DNA of 64,000 nt. Origin: a virus (Duplodnaviria; Caudoviricetes). Shown here in pieces: positions 15,847 through 25,564 of the stretch. The translations under genes were made by a program, and so were the position numbers. Where the stretch lies: IMG/VR virus record IMGVR_UViG_3300033121_000983, positions 32,001 through 96,000 of that record, one strand, 5' to 3'. Below the pieces are notes generated by a model. It ran no database searches, had not been told where the DNA came from, and worked only from the letters and a program-made list of their open reading frames with translations. Position 1 is the first letter of the stretch. Each line of letters starts with the position of its first letter.

Positions 15847-17045
15847 TAGTCACAGTCTGCCGCGTGGCAGGCCCCTTCTGGAAATTCTTCAGATCCGCAG
15901 ATCACGCCGAACGCCGCCGGGTTAATCGGGCGCTGGCCTTCAACACAGTTGCTGCCCAGGAAAACCCATCGACCCTGCTGGCAGTACCAGGCTCCGACGT
16001 TGCCAGGAATTAACAAATTCGATACAGCGCAGGCTTCTTCAATGGCCGCCGCTTCCGCGCACGCAATGCTGTCGGCAACTTCATCGTCGCTGATAACGTG
16101 GCAACCTGCCGATGATGAGACACCGACAGTAATGACCAATTTGTGCTCGTCGGGGCGCGCGTCGACGCGCACGCCGTCGCCGGCCTGAATCACGACGGAA
16201 CGCCCGGGTAACCCGTTAAAGCTACGCAGCACTTCGTTACAGCGCAGCCCGCCGTCCAGTGTATCGCGCTCAGCCGGCGGGATATCGCCGTCGTAGCGCG
16301 CAATCTCTTCGCAAGCTTCACCCGCGCCAGCGCCAACGCGCGCATTCAGCGTAATGCTGTTAGACGTTGCGTTAATGTCGACAGCCGCGTTATGTCCGTC
16401 TACAAACCGAATTGCCCCGTCCAGGCAATCAGCGGCTGTGTAGTAGGGTTGTTCCGGTACGAGCCACGTCAGGTCGTCACCGTTGTCAGCTGTCGCGCGT
16501 GTGCGTCCGGCGTTTGACAACGCCACCGCGCGTGAATAGTGCGCATAGAGACTCTGGATACATCCAGGTTCAATCGCTAGCTCATCCGGGTCGCTAATGA
16601 TGGTTTCGTCGGGCTCGATCCAGCTGTTGAGGCTTTCAGGCGTCATCGGGCCGAAGATCAGCTGCATTTCCCACGTTGTCGTTGTACCGCACGGCGATTC
16701 GTCCGTGATGGGGTTGATATCAGAACGGCTCTCCTGGATCGTGCCGTCAACCGTGATTGTGTTTACGACTTCGTACGCGTAGCCGCCCAGAATGTCCTCT
16801 GCCGGGGCGGTCACGCGCCACGTGAATGTCAGTTCGTCAGCGCCAACGCGTTCAACGCTGTAGAGCCACACTGTGTAAGTCGCGGCATCGTAGGCAAAAT
16901 CGACGCCAAAAATTACCTGTGCATCCAGCACGGTATCCAGCGGCATACGCGCGGCAAGGCTATGCACTGCCGGCGCGTCTAGCGCTGAACTCAAGAACGG
17001 ATACGCTCGCGCACCGTTGTCAACAAACCAATCGGTTGTAGCCAT
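15846..17045 (-). CDS. Cys-rich tail/baseplate-associated protein, paralog 1 (WxxxNxxRxYP family)
   Basis: Starts MATTDWFVDNGARAYPF; contains LDGAIRFVDGHN and LRSFNGLP motifs shared with paralogs. Confidence 0.7.
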   Translation of the reverse strand: MATTDWFVDNGARAYPFLSSALDAPAVHSLAARMPLDTVLDAQVIFGVDFAYDAATYTVWLYSVERVGADELTFTWRVTAPAEDILGGYAYEVVNTITVDGTIQESRSDINPITDESPCGTTTTWEMQLIFGPMTPESLNSWIEPDETIISDPDELAIEPGCIQSLYAHYSRAVALSNAGRTRATADNGDDLTWLVPEQPYYTAADCLDGAIRFVDGHNAAVDINATSNSITLNARVGAGAGEACEEIARYDGDIPPAERDTLDGGLRCNEVLRSFNGLPGRSVVIQAGDGVRVDARPDEHKLVITVGVSSSAGCHVISDDEVADSIACAEAAAIEEACAVSNLLIPGNVGAWYCQQGRWVFLGSNCVEGQRPINPAAFGVICGSEEFPEGACHAADCD

Positions 17046-17046
17046 G

Positions 17047-17232
17047 TTACGGTGACGTACCTCGTAAGAACTGCGGAACCGGCGCCGGGAACGGCACCTC
17101 CGGGCAGTCGTGAATGGGATCCGGCGCGGCAGCGACAATACAGTCGTCGAGCTCGTCGAGGTACGGCCACTCGATCGCCTCGATCTCCGGCATGTCGCAG
17201 TCGTTAGGCGGGAACGCAGGTGTCGTCGCCAT
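17047..17232 (-). CDS. Small acidic Pro/Cys-rich protein
   Basis: 61 aa; fills the gap between two paralogs exactly. Confidence 0.5.
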   Translation of the reverse strand: MATTPAFPPNDCDMPEIEAIEWPYLDELDDCIVAAAPDPIHDCPEVPFPAPVPQFLRGTSP

Positions 17233-17234
17233 AA

Positions 17235-18080
17235 TCAACCCTCGCAGCCGCTAGCTGTTGTCAGCGCTAGCGTAACGGTACCGTCGGCACGCTCGAGTCG
17301 CAGAGAAGGGTCGTCGCTGAACTGCCGCGAGGCGGCGATGCGGATGTCGCCGCGGGCGTCCGGTGTTGCCAGGATCTCACGGCAACCTTGCTTGAACAGG
17401 ATTTGACGCACGAACTTAGGCGTTGTGAATTCGTCGCCCGCGCACGCAGCACGGCGGAAGAGCGCATCGCCGACGACGTTGACGGTGATTGTCGCGCAGG
17501 CCTTCGCAACCACCGCGCCCGTCACTTCGTCAACCGCCGGATAGGTCGATTCGCCGCCCGTCAGTACAATGCCGCGCTCGCCGACCATTAGAATCCGCCC
17601 GGTGAACACGCTGCCGTCATCAAGTACGAAGCCGCGAAACCCGACATCCGGCACGGTCACGCAGCAGGTCACGCAGAACTCCGTCGCGGCCGGCGAGAAG
17701 CTGCGCGTACCGTCCGACCATGTGCGCAGAAACGACAACCGCTCGCTCTCTGTGACCAGCGTTCCGGCGGCACGGCCGTAGTCGTCGTAGAACATCAACA
17801 CGTCTGGCAGGTCTGCCAAGTCAACAGTACAGCTTGCGCGCCGAACCACAGCCGCGTCGCCGATGACCAGCTCAGCCGTGTCGACACTCCGTGTGATCGA
17901 CGTTAGGCGCAACCGATCTGCCGCGCCAATGACGTGCAACGACGCGTCCAGGAACGCAGTCTCGGGGATAAAGTCACCGGTGTCGGCAGTCAGCGTCGCG
18001 TTGTCGACGAACGGATAGCGTGACAACGCGTGCTCGTCGCGCCACTCTGGTCGTCGTACGTCTGTAACGCTGGTGCCCAT
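17235..18080 (-). CDS. Tail/baseplate-associated protein, paralog 2
   Basis: EWRDEHALSRYPF, FTGRILMVG and PDARGDIRI motifs. Confidence 0.7.
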   Translation of the reverse strand: MGTSVTDVRRPEWRDEHALSRYPFVDNATLTADTGDFIPETAFLDASLHVIGAADRLRLTSITRSVDTAELVIGDAAVVRRASCTVDLADLPDVLMFYDDYGRAAGTLVTESERLSFLRTWSDGTRSFSPAATEFCVTCCVTVPDVGFRGFVLDDGSVFTGRILMVGERGIVLTGGESTYPAVDEVTGAVVAKACATITVNVVGDALFRRAACAGDEFTTPKFVRQILFKQGCREILATPDARGDIRIAASRQFSDDPSLRLERADGTVTLALTTASGCEG

Positions 18081-18082
18081 GC

Positions 18083-18640
18083 TTATCCTCGGCGCATCTT
18101 ACGAAAGCGCTCACTGCGTGCAGCCGCGGCAGGCGCGGCATCGCGTAACGGATGGCCGAACTGCACGAAAGCATCCTCAATGAACAGTAGCTCGTTAGCA
18201 GCGAACTGCTGCCGCAGCTCACGTTTCGGCACCGCCAGCATTGCTGACAAGCACGTGTAGCGGCTGCCGTAGATCTTGTCACGCACCTGGCGCGGCAACC
18301 ACTCCATGAAGTCGTCCCACTGCTTATCCAGCTCGGGCAGTTCGACTGCGCGCAGCACGGGGCGCGGCGGCTTCGGGCGCAGCGGTCGGTTGATGATCTC
18401 TTCGTCCGACAGTGCGGGCGGCGGGACAGGCATCGCGTCGAACGCTGAATGCGCTTCCGTCGGCGTAAAAGACAACGTATCGACCGGGATCGGCGCGTTA
18501 ATGTCGACGATCTCTGTGGTCGGTTTTTGCGCCGCTTTCTGCAAGAAAGCTTCATCCACGACACGGACGCCGGCAGCGGGCGGTAAGTCTCCGGTCAACG
18601 TGGATAACGCAACGGCGCGGGAGCTGAGTTTTCGCGGCAC
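18083..18640 (-). CDS. Protein with a C-terminal RNA polymerase alpha-CTD-like domain
   Basis: Pro-rich linker, then LPRQVRDKIYGSRYTCLSAMLAVPKRELRQQFAANELLFIEDAFVQFGHPL, which follows the alpha-CTD hydrophobic pattern. Confidence 0.45.
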   Translation of the reverse strand: MPRKLSSRAVALSTLTGDLPPAAGVRVVDEAFLQKAAQKPTTEIVDINAPIPVDTLSFTPTEAHSAFDAMPVPPPALSDEEIINRPLRPKPPRPVLRAVELPELDKQWDDFMEWLPRQVRDKIYGSRYTCLSAMLAVPKRELRQQFAANELLFIEDAFVQFGHPLRDAAPAAAARSERFRKMRRG

Positions 18641-18651
18641 ATTGATTCCTT

Positions 18652-20433
18652 CTAAACACCAGGATATTCGATGGCGTCGATAGCGAACTCATAAAATACG
18701 GTATTGGGATACGCCGTGGCAACTCCGGCCGCGAGGCTCTCCGGCGATAGGCAGCGCGTCTCCCCGCCTTTACCGACGATCAGACCTGCCTGGCCCACGG
18801 CGCGCTGCTCCAGCACGGTCGTTGGGTCTTTTAACAGCTCTACGGTCGTGAAACAGAAGAAGCGGCGCTGTGAATCGTCGTCGACATCGGGATCAGGCCA
18901 AATTGACGCCGTCAGCCGCACCAGCGAGCCCGATACAAACGGAGCTTCCGTGAGCGGCGTGTGGCGTAGCACGTGATCGATGCCGTCTGTATCGCGGTAG
19001 CCGTACACGCAACCCGGCACATAGCCATCGGGCAGGCCTTGGTGCGACGGACCGCCGTCGAAGTACAGCTCGCAGTAATGGTAGTCGCCAGCGTCACCGA
19101 TGCCGAACATCAGACGCGCGTTACCGACGACGTAGCACACCGTGCTGAACTTGCGATAGTGTGGAATGGTCGGCACCGCATACACTGCGGTGACCTCGTC
19201 ATAATCAGTCGATTCAAGTGTGCTGGCGTTAATAGCCGGCTCACGTGCAAACGGATTAAACGTGCCGTCATCCCACGCGTTGACCGCCCATGTGCCCGCT
19301 AGTGTCCAGTCGTACGGGGTCGCGCTGCCCTCGAAGTATGAACGCGACGGCGTCAATGCACTGCGGTAAGTCGTGAACTCTGTGACGTCGAAGCGCGGCG
19401 CAATCCGCAATCGCGGCGGATCGCAGTCACCCGGGATAGACTCTTCGGGCAGCACGATCGAGCTGACTACGCACAGCTCTTCGAGTTCTGACGGCAACCG
19501 GCCATCACGACTCGGTAGAGCAGCCGCAGTGCCGCAGGTTTCCGTAAGCGCCAGTGGGCTGTCGACCAGCACGCCGACCGCCTCTGCGGAGCTCACAACC
19601 TCGCCAGTGTCGTCGAGCACGACTTCTTCCACAATTTCGGCCAACGCGGCAGCACCACGAAACTCAATCGTGACAATACCGTCGGCATCTGGGCCAACGC
19701 CGGAAATTGTTTCCACCGGTTGCGGATCCGCACAAGTGCCTGACTCCGGCCGCCGCCCGCATGGACCTACGTATTTCGCCAGTAAGTTTCGCGATTCCCG
19801 TGGGTCGCTTTTCAGTCGCACTACGACGCAGCGCACGGCTCCGGCATCGTCGCAGCGCGTCGTATCCGAACTCGATGAGAAACCGGTGATTTCGCGGCAT
19901 GCGCCGACAACCTCGATGTCTGCGCCGCCGCGTAATCGCACCAACCCAGTCAACGAGGCGTTATTGCCCAGTTTACCGACAGACGGGATGGGCATGTCGC
20001 GATAGTCGCGACACACGCGCCGCAACAAGCGCGACTGCGCTGGCGACGTAAACCGTCCGCGATAGTTCAGTGCATCGCGCAAGGCCGGCCCAAACACCAC
20101 CCACCCCGCCACGCCTGCTGCCATAGGCGTAACGGCGTACATGCGGCCCGCGGCAGCCGTGCGCGGCAACGTCAGCGCTGCCAGCGGCACGTAAGTGCTG
20201 GCGCTGTCAGGCGCGTCTGCGGCCAGGATCACGATCGATACCAGCTTGTCGGTTAGCGTCAGCCCGCCGAGAAATGCGTACTCGCCAAGGCTGCGCGGAA
20301 AATGCAAACGCGCGTCGATCAGCAGATGCGTTGGGACTGTTGTACCCTCATCGTCGCGACAAGACGCGAGCTCATCCAGCGGATAATGCCGGCCTGCGTT
20401 TTTGTCGTACCAGCCTTGGTTCGTGACTGACAT
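18652..20433 (-). CDS. Cys-rich tail/baseplate-associated protein, paralog 3
   Basis: GWYDKNAGRHYPL, LTGLVRLRGG and ETISGVGPDADG motifs; beta-rich C-terminal domain. Confidence 0.72.
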   Translation of the reverse strand: MSVTNQGWYDKNAGRHYPLDELASCRDDEGTTVPTHLLIDARLHFPRSLGEYAFLGGLTLTDKLVSIVILAADAPDSASTYVPLAALTLPRTAAAGRMYAVTPMAAGVAGWVVFGPALRDALNYRGRFTSPAQSRLLRRVCRDYRDMPIPSVGKLGNNASLTGLVRLRGGADIEVVGACREITGFSSSSDTTRCDDAGAVRCVVVRLKSDPRESRNLLAKYVGPCGRRPESGTCADPQPVETISGVGPDADGIVTIEFRGAAALAEIVEEVVLDDTGEVVSSAEAVGVLVDSPLALTETCGTAAALPSRDGRLPSELEELCVVSSIVLPEESIPGDCDPPRLRIAPRFDVTEFTTYRSALTPSRSYFEGSATPYDWTLAGTWAVNAWDDGTFNPFAREPAINASTLESTDYDEVTAVYAVPTIPHYRKFSTVCYVVGNARLMFGIGDAGDYHYCELYFDGGPSHQGLPDGYVPGCVYGYRDTDGIDHVLRHTPLTEAPFVSGSLVRLTASIWPDPDVDDDSQRRFFCFTTVELLKDPTTVLEQRAVGQAGLIVGKGGETRCLSPESLAAGVATAYPNTVFYEFAIDAIEYPGV

Positions 20434-20450
20434 GAGTAGAGTACCATTGG

Positions 20451-21626
20451 TTAAGTGCCAGCGTGCCGTGCGCGCTCAATGGCTGTGCGCACCGTAGCTG
20501 GCTCGACCTGCAGCCAGCTCACCAGTGTATCAAAATTTGCGTCACAGCGCTGAGAGCCCCACAGGTTCATCAGGCGCAGGTATTTGCGCACCGTGGGAGT
20601 AACGCCGCCAGCCGTTTGCATTAACAGCCGTTCCAGTTCCACCCCCGGTCCCGGTTGATTTAGCGGATCAATAAGCGAAGCAGGCTCTGTCACCGCCGGC
20701 GTAGAGATAAGTAGATCACGAGCCGCCAGCCCGGCGTCTGTGCAGCCGACACGCCCAAGTAACAGATCCCACGTAGTCGCAGAGATACGTCCAGGTTGCA
20801 CGTGCGCGGCTTTGACTCCTGCATATGTCATGTAGGGGTTCGGCTGCAGATCGCGCACGTAGCGCAAGTAGTTCAAGCCTCGCGAGGTCCAGCGTGCGTC
20901 GTACGGCGTACGTACGCCGCGCGCAGTGTCGCCGTGCGGGCGAAAACAGTGATTCCAGCGCCACCAGGGGATAACCATCACCTTGCGCCGCATTTCTAGG
21001 TAACGCAGTGTCAACCAACCCTCGGCCCCGAAGCCCGCTTGTTCTGGATGAAAGCCGAGAAACGTTGATGTACGTGCTGCGAACAACCCGGCCCCGCTGT
21101 GTTGAATCTGCACCGGGCGAGGGCTGTTCATGATGTCTTGCGACACCTGCGATCGGCCAAACAGCCCGTCACGGCCGAACTCAGGTTTCCAGTGTGTCCA
21201 GACCGGCTTGATCTTTCCGTGTTTGTCGACAATCGAGTCGCTCAAACAGACGCCGAAGAACAGCTCATCGCCAGCGTTATCGAGCAGGTAATTCACCACA
21301 CGCGGCAGTTGGTCGTAGTCGTACTGCGTGACGTGCGAATCCATGACGATAGTGATCTCGCCCAGCGCCTCTTTCATAATCAGATTGCGCGGGGCGCCCG
21401 TGCTTGTCGGTTCTTTAAGCGGTAGGTAGCGTCCGAAGTAGTTACTACGCACGCGTTGTTCGATCCAACCGCCCGCGTAATCGGGCTGATTATCGCAGAC
21501 CACAAGTTCGACAAGCTCGTTGAGGTTGTTACGGACAATCGCCTTACGCAGGTCGACGAGCGTAGCCCACAGACCCGTGTAATCTTCGTACGTCGGGATG
21601 CCGATAGTTACGCGTGGTTTCGTCAC
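20451..21626 (-). CDS. GT2-family glycosyltransferase with a C-terminal helical extension
   Basis: VTIGIPTYE, VVCDN, GAPRN, IVMDSH and FGAEG motifs. Confidence 0.85.
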   Translation of the reverse strand: MTKPRVTIGIPTYEDYTGLWATLVDLRKAIVRNNLNELVELVVCDNQPDYAGGWIEQRVRSNYFGRYLPLKEPTSTGAPRNLIMKEALGEITIVMDSHVTQYDYDQLPRVVNYLLDNAGDELFFGVCLSDSIVDKHGKIKPVWTHWKPEFGRDGLFGRSQVSQDIMNSPRPVQIQHSGAGLFAARTSTFLGFHPEQAGFGAEGWLTLRYLEMRRKVMVIPWWRWNHCFRPHGDTARGVRTPYDARWTSRGLNYLRYVRDLQPNPYMTYAGVKAAHVQPGRISATTWDLLLGRVGCTDAGLAARDLLISTPAVTEPASLIDPLNQPGPGVELERLLMQTAGGVTPTVRKYLRLMNLWGSQRCDANFDTLVSWLQVEPATVRTAIERARHAGT

Positions 21627-21635
21627 CGTCGTGGC

Positions 21636-22799
21636 CTAGAGCGGGGCGTCGTAAATGCAGATCCCGCCGCCGTCGCACGAGTTCATGCTGGGAATGATCG
21701 TGACGGGCAGCGCATCCCAGTAGACTAAAAATGAGCTACCATCGCAAACCACCACCGCGGCGTGGCCTGATCCGGCACCGGTCCACTGCACGCCGTCCCA
21801 AGTCGCTGCGACAACATCGGCGCCGTTATAGACGTAAATTACCGACCCCGCGTAGCAGCCATGGTCACCCGTAGAGCCGCCACCGCCGGTCGAGCCACCG
21901 CCACCGCCCGTGGTAGGCGGCATAGTAGAACCGCCGCCACCGGTCGTGGGTGGCATGGTCGTAGGCGCGATCGTGGTCGAACCGCCGCCCGTAGTGGGCG
22001 GCATAGTTGTCGGCGCAATCGTGGTAGAGCCGCCGCCGGTAGTACCAGCACTGGTCGTAGGCGCAGCTGTCGTCGTAGAACCACCGCCCGTCGTACCTGC
22101 GCTGGTGGTCGGCGCGGCTGTTGTAGTAGAACCAGGCCCAGTAGTTCCTGCGCTGGTGGTCGGCGCGGCTGTTGTCGTGGAGCCTGGGCCAGTCGTGCCC
22201 GCGCTTGTCGTAGGTGCGGCGGTTGTACCCATGCTGGTCGGTGGGCATACGCCAGGCCCGCACGCTGAGCTGACCAACTGCCAGACTTTAGTCATACCAG
22301 AGAGTACGACCTTGTAAGTGCAAGTGCCGCAGCAATCGGACGTCGGCGCGGACGTAGTCGTTGGCGCCGCTGTTGTCGAACCGCCCGTTCCGCCTGTCGG
22401 AGGGGACGACGAGCAGTCCTCTGCAGTGGATACCAGCTCAACCGTCGCAGGGATCGTGAGGTCTGGATCCGGCGGACTGGTTAGCGCGAACGTGACCGAG
22501 TCGCCGTACGTCGATGGCAGCGCACCAGTGTAGCCGTAGGTTGTACTTTTTGAGCAGCCGTCAACGTCGTTACGCACGGTAAACAGTAGCGTCCACGACC
22601 CCATAGATGACGTCAGCGTCATCGTAAGGTACGTGTTGTCGGCATCGAGCTCGGACGTACCGCCGCAGATGCTGCCGGAATCCGCTAGGTACACCCAGCG
22701 ACCAGGAATCGGATCACCTGAGCAAAACCCCGGCGTGGCGTTAGCGATGTCGGAAACGTAAACAGCGTAGCAGCTGCCGAAAATGCACGGTGATGGCAT
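21636..22799 (-). CDS. Mucin-like Thr/Gly/Pro-repeat, Cys-rich virion protein
   Basis: Cys-rich N- and C-terminal domains flank TTAAPTTSAGTTG(P/G)GST repeats. Confidence 0.75.
   Translation of the reverse strand: MPSPCIFGSCYAVYVSDIANATPGFCSGDPIPGRWVYLADSGSICGGTSELDADNTYLTMTLTSSMGSWTLLFTVRNDVDGCSKSTTYGYTGALPSTYGDSVTFALTSPPDPDLTIPATVELVSTAEDCSSSPPTGGTGGSTTAAPTTTSAPTSDCCGTCTYKVVLSGMTKVWQLVSSACGPGVCPPTSMGTTAAPTTSAGTTGPGSTTTAAPTTSAGTTGPGSTTTAAPTTSAGTTGGGSTTTAAPTTSAGTTGGGSTTIAPTTMPPTTGGGSTTIAPTTMPPTTGGGGSTMPPTTGGGGGSTGGGGSTGDHGCYAGSVIYVYNGADVVAATWDGVQWTGAGSGHAAVVVCDGSSFLVYWDALPVTIIPSMNSCDGGGICIYDAPL
21870..22226 (-). repeat. Coding tandem repeats: 4 x 51-bp (17-aa) units plus degenerate 48-bp units
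   Basis: TTAAPTTSAGTTG(P/G)GST x4, then TTIAPTTMPPTTGGGS x2; the copies differ at synonymous positions. Confidence 0.85.
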
Positions 22800-22816
22800 C
22801 GCAACCCCCCTCTACG

Positions 22817-25561
22817 CTACGGCGCCACGCAAGTTACCGAGATAGTAGCGGCCGTCGGGCCTGTGTAGGGGTCGCTGACACCGCCAGCTGGGCCGGCCAC
22901 GGCGCTGTCAAACGTGTAGGTCCCGACGCAGCTGTTACCGCCCGACTTAACGTACGTGGCGTAGATGTAGTAGTACAGCCAACCGGCGCCCTCGGTAAAT
23001 TGCGCCATGCCGATGGTAACAACAGCTTCCCATGTGCCTGGCGTCGCGCAAGACAATGTACCAGCCAGCCCGGCCACGGCTCCGCTGTAGTACAGCCTGT
23101 CGTCCGGTGCGTCGTACAGTGTGTATAGCCCGGTGCCGACGCCAGCGTAAGCTGCGTAACCGGTTTCTTCGTCGTCAAACTCGTCTGGTACAGTCACATA
23201 AGCCGGACCGTCGCAACACAAACAGCTCTCAGCAGAGGCCCCTGTCGTGGAACCATTCGCGTCTGATGTCGTGCTGCCGCCGGTCGTGCCGCCGCCGGTC
23301 GTACCGCTACCGGTCGTACTACCGCCGCCAGCCACACATGGGATTTCGATCGTGTCGTCGACCGCATACCCCGACGGATCTGGCAGCGCGGTTTCATCGC
23401 ACGCACATAGCGGCTCGTCGCAGCTCACCTCACTGGCGGCGATATTCGACGGCCAGTCTTCGAGCGCAATACCGGTGCCGGTGACAGATTCCGCAATCAG
23501 CGTATACGAGCCCGCGCATGTTGCCGACGAGTAGATGGCCGTAGACGGACAAAGGTTGAGATCCGTATCGGTAATTACGATGCTGAACCGCCACGTACCA
23601 TCCAGCTCGTGCGAAAGCGTCATCGTCATGTGCGGATCAGCGGCCGCAATTCCTGCGGAACTGCCGCAGTCGATCGCTAGTTCTTCCGCAGTTAGACGCC
23701 CGATGAACGGTCCGCGTGTTTGCGGCAATGCACCGCAGCCTGGGCCGCCGCCGAAGCTCACTTCCGGGAATAAGAATTCCAAGCAATTAACGACGGTACA
23801 AGCTTCGCAAGCAAGCGTACCGGTGGTGCCGGTGGTCCCTGTAGTCCCTGTCGTGCCAGTAGTGCCGGTAGTGGTGGGTACGATGCCGTCAACGCAGCCG
23901 CTCTTGAGTACGACGATCTTCTTTACCGGGCAGTCAATCAGACGATACTGCAGCGACTCTTCTGACGGTCCGCTGCCCGGCACGTAGCCCGGCACGGGCG
24001 AACCGTCGCCCGCGTCTTCGACAACCGGCAGTTCATAAGCGTCGGCAACCAGGCGCATTTTAGCGCCGGCTTCGCATTCTGCGTCGTCGATGTCCAGCGA
24101 GAATGAAATGTAACCCTGTCCGCGCGCGGGGATGTATGGCAGCATCCCCCAGTAGTGCGGGTAGGTACCGTGCATCTTGTAAACTTCGCGCGAAATCGGA
24201 CGGCGAATCGCGGGGTTGATGTACCCACCGCGGAACACGGAGTTACAGTTAACTGAAACTACGTCTGCGGTAGACGGGTGCGATGTCGCTGTGATGTTTC
24301 CGCAACCACCCTCCTCTACGCTGCCCGCATCTGCACTGGCGGAGTCGTCGTACTCGAAGCTGACGTGTACAACGACGTTATGCACACAGTCGTCGGACTG
24401 GTTACAGTACGCAACGGTCACACCAACTTGGCAAGGACTGTAAGAGGCCGTCGTTACCTGCAGCCGCGGCGCGTCTTCGCGGCACTGCTTTTGTTCGATA
24501 AATCGCTGGCGATTTTCGACGTACAATTCGCGCGTAGCAGTCAACTGCTGCCAAGCGGTGTTCGCGCGCTCGACCAGGCGTCGCAGCGCTTCATACACCG
24601 CTGCGTAGTCTTCGCAGCGACAGTTAGGCCCGCAGTTACCGAACAGGCGCAGCCCCTGCTGTACGCGAACCTTGCGCGCTTGAGTAACGCTTTCCTCGGC
24701 CATTACGCTAACCGTGTCGCGTTCCGCGGTGTAGCAACCGGTCGCGGTGATGCGCAGATCGCGCCGGGCGTCCGGCGCTACACCGGCGATGCGCCGAATC
24801 GCAGGTGCGACATCCGTACAATCTGCTGGCACGCGGCCTTCGCCTTTGCCCGGCGTGAAATCAAGTTTCAGCGACGTCTGTCGGCGTCGACGCGTCGTTT
24901 TGGTTGTTGATGTAATAGAGGTGTTGTAGCCGCTGATCAGTACGACTTGACCAGTCAGCGCGGGCTGTCCCTGCACGCGAATGCTGCGCATGCGCGGCGG
25001 CGTACGACAGTACGAACGAGGATCCAGGTAGGCGTCGACGGGCTCCAGGTAGTTCGGCTGCACGATCGGCGTGATGCTGTCCGCCCATGCCGTTGCATGT
25101 ACGACCTGCAGCGCCCAATCGGGCCCGATCCACTCGCAGATCAGCTGATGCTCAGTCCAAGCACGTTCGCGGTAGGTGACTGACTCGCCGCCGGTAGAGA
25201 TAACGACGTTATCGTCGGCGTCGACAATGCAGAGATCCCGATCGTGCGACACTTCCGAATCGTCCGGCACATCGACGTCGTAACAACCAAACCCATACAG
25301 CCACGCCAACCGTAACGGTTCCACGTAAGCTCGCCCATCATCCGCGTAAGTTAGCGCGAGATCGGCGATCATCGAGTGGACACTGTCCCCAGCGTCCGCA
25401 ATAAACGGATAAAGCGAACCACCCAGCGGCTGATTCACGCCGATTGGAATGTGACCGTACGGATGCGACTCGTGCTCGCACGTTACCGGCCCGGTGGCAG
25501 CCGCGCTGGCGAAGTATTTCGCCGCAAAGTACTGCCCAGCGTAATAGGGTGGCGTAAACAT
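22817..25561 (-). CDS. Large Cys-rich tail fibre-like protein, paralog 4, with TTG repeats
   Basis: SLYPFIAD, LTGQVVLISGYN, RIAGVAPDARR and CGPNCRC, then a coiled coil; (TTG)n linker near 23816-23878. Confidence 0.72.
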   Translation of the reverse strand: MFTPPYYAGQYFAAKYFASAAATGPVTCEHESHPYGHIPIGVNQPLGGSLYPFIADAGDSVHSMIADLALTYADDGRAYVEPLRLAWLYGFGCYDVDVPDDSEVSHDRDLCIVDADDNVVISTGGESVTYRERAWTEHQLICEWIGPDWALQVVHATAWADSITPIVQPNYLEPVDAYLDPRSYCRTPPRMRSIRVQGQPALTGQVVLISGYNTSITSTTKTTRRRRQTSLKLDFTPGKGEGRVPADCTDVAPAIRRIAGVAPDARRDLRITATGCYTAERDTVSVMAEESVTQARKVRVQQGLRLFGNCGPNCRCEDYAAVYEALRRLVERANTAWQQLTATRELYVENRQRFIEQKQCREDAPRLQVTTASYSPCQVGVTVAYCNQSDDCVHNVVVHVSFEYDDSASADAGSVEEGGCGNITATSHPSTADVVSVNCNSVFRGGYINPAIRRPISREVYKMHGTYPHYWGMLPYIPARGQGYISFSLDIDDAECEAGAKMRLVADAYELPVVEDAGDGSPVPGYVPGSGPSEESLQYRLIDCPVKKIVVLKSGCVDGIVPTTTGTTGTTGTTGTTGTTGTLACEACTVVNCLEFLFPEVSFGGGPGCGALPQTRGPFIGRLTAEELAIDCGSSAGIAAADPHMTMTLSHELDGTWRFSIVITDTDLNLCPSTAIYSSATCAGSYTLIAESVTGTGIALEDWPSNIAASEVSCDEPLCACDETALPDPSGYAVDDTIEIPCVAGGGSTTGSGTTGGGTTGGSTTSDANGSTTGASAESCLCCDGPAYVTVPDEFDDEETGYAAYAGVGTGLYTLYDAPDDRLYYSGAVAGLAGTLSCATPGTWEAVVTIGMAQFTEGAGWLYYYIYATYVKSGGNSCVGTYTFDSAVAGPAGGVSDPYTGPTAATISVTCVAP

Positions 25562-25564
25562 GGG

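Noticed and set aside
21861-22317. Repeat-rich alternative-frame ORFs; possible CRISPR array
   Set aside because: The repeats are in-frame coding units with synonymous variation and no unique spacers, and no cas genes are present.
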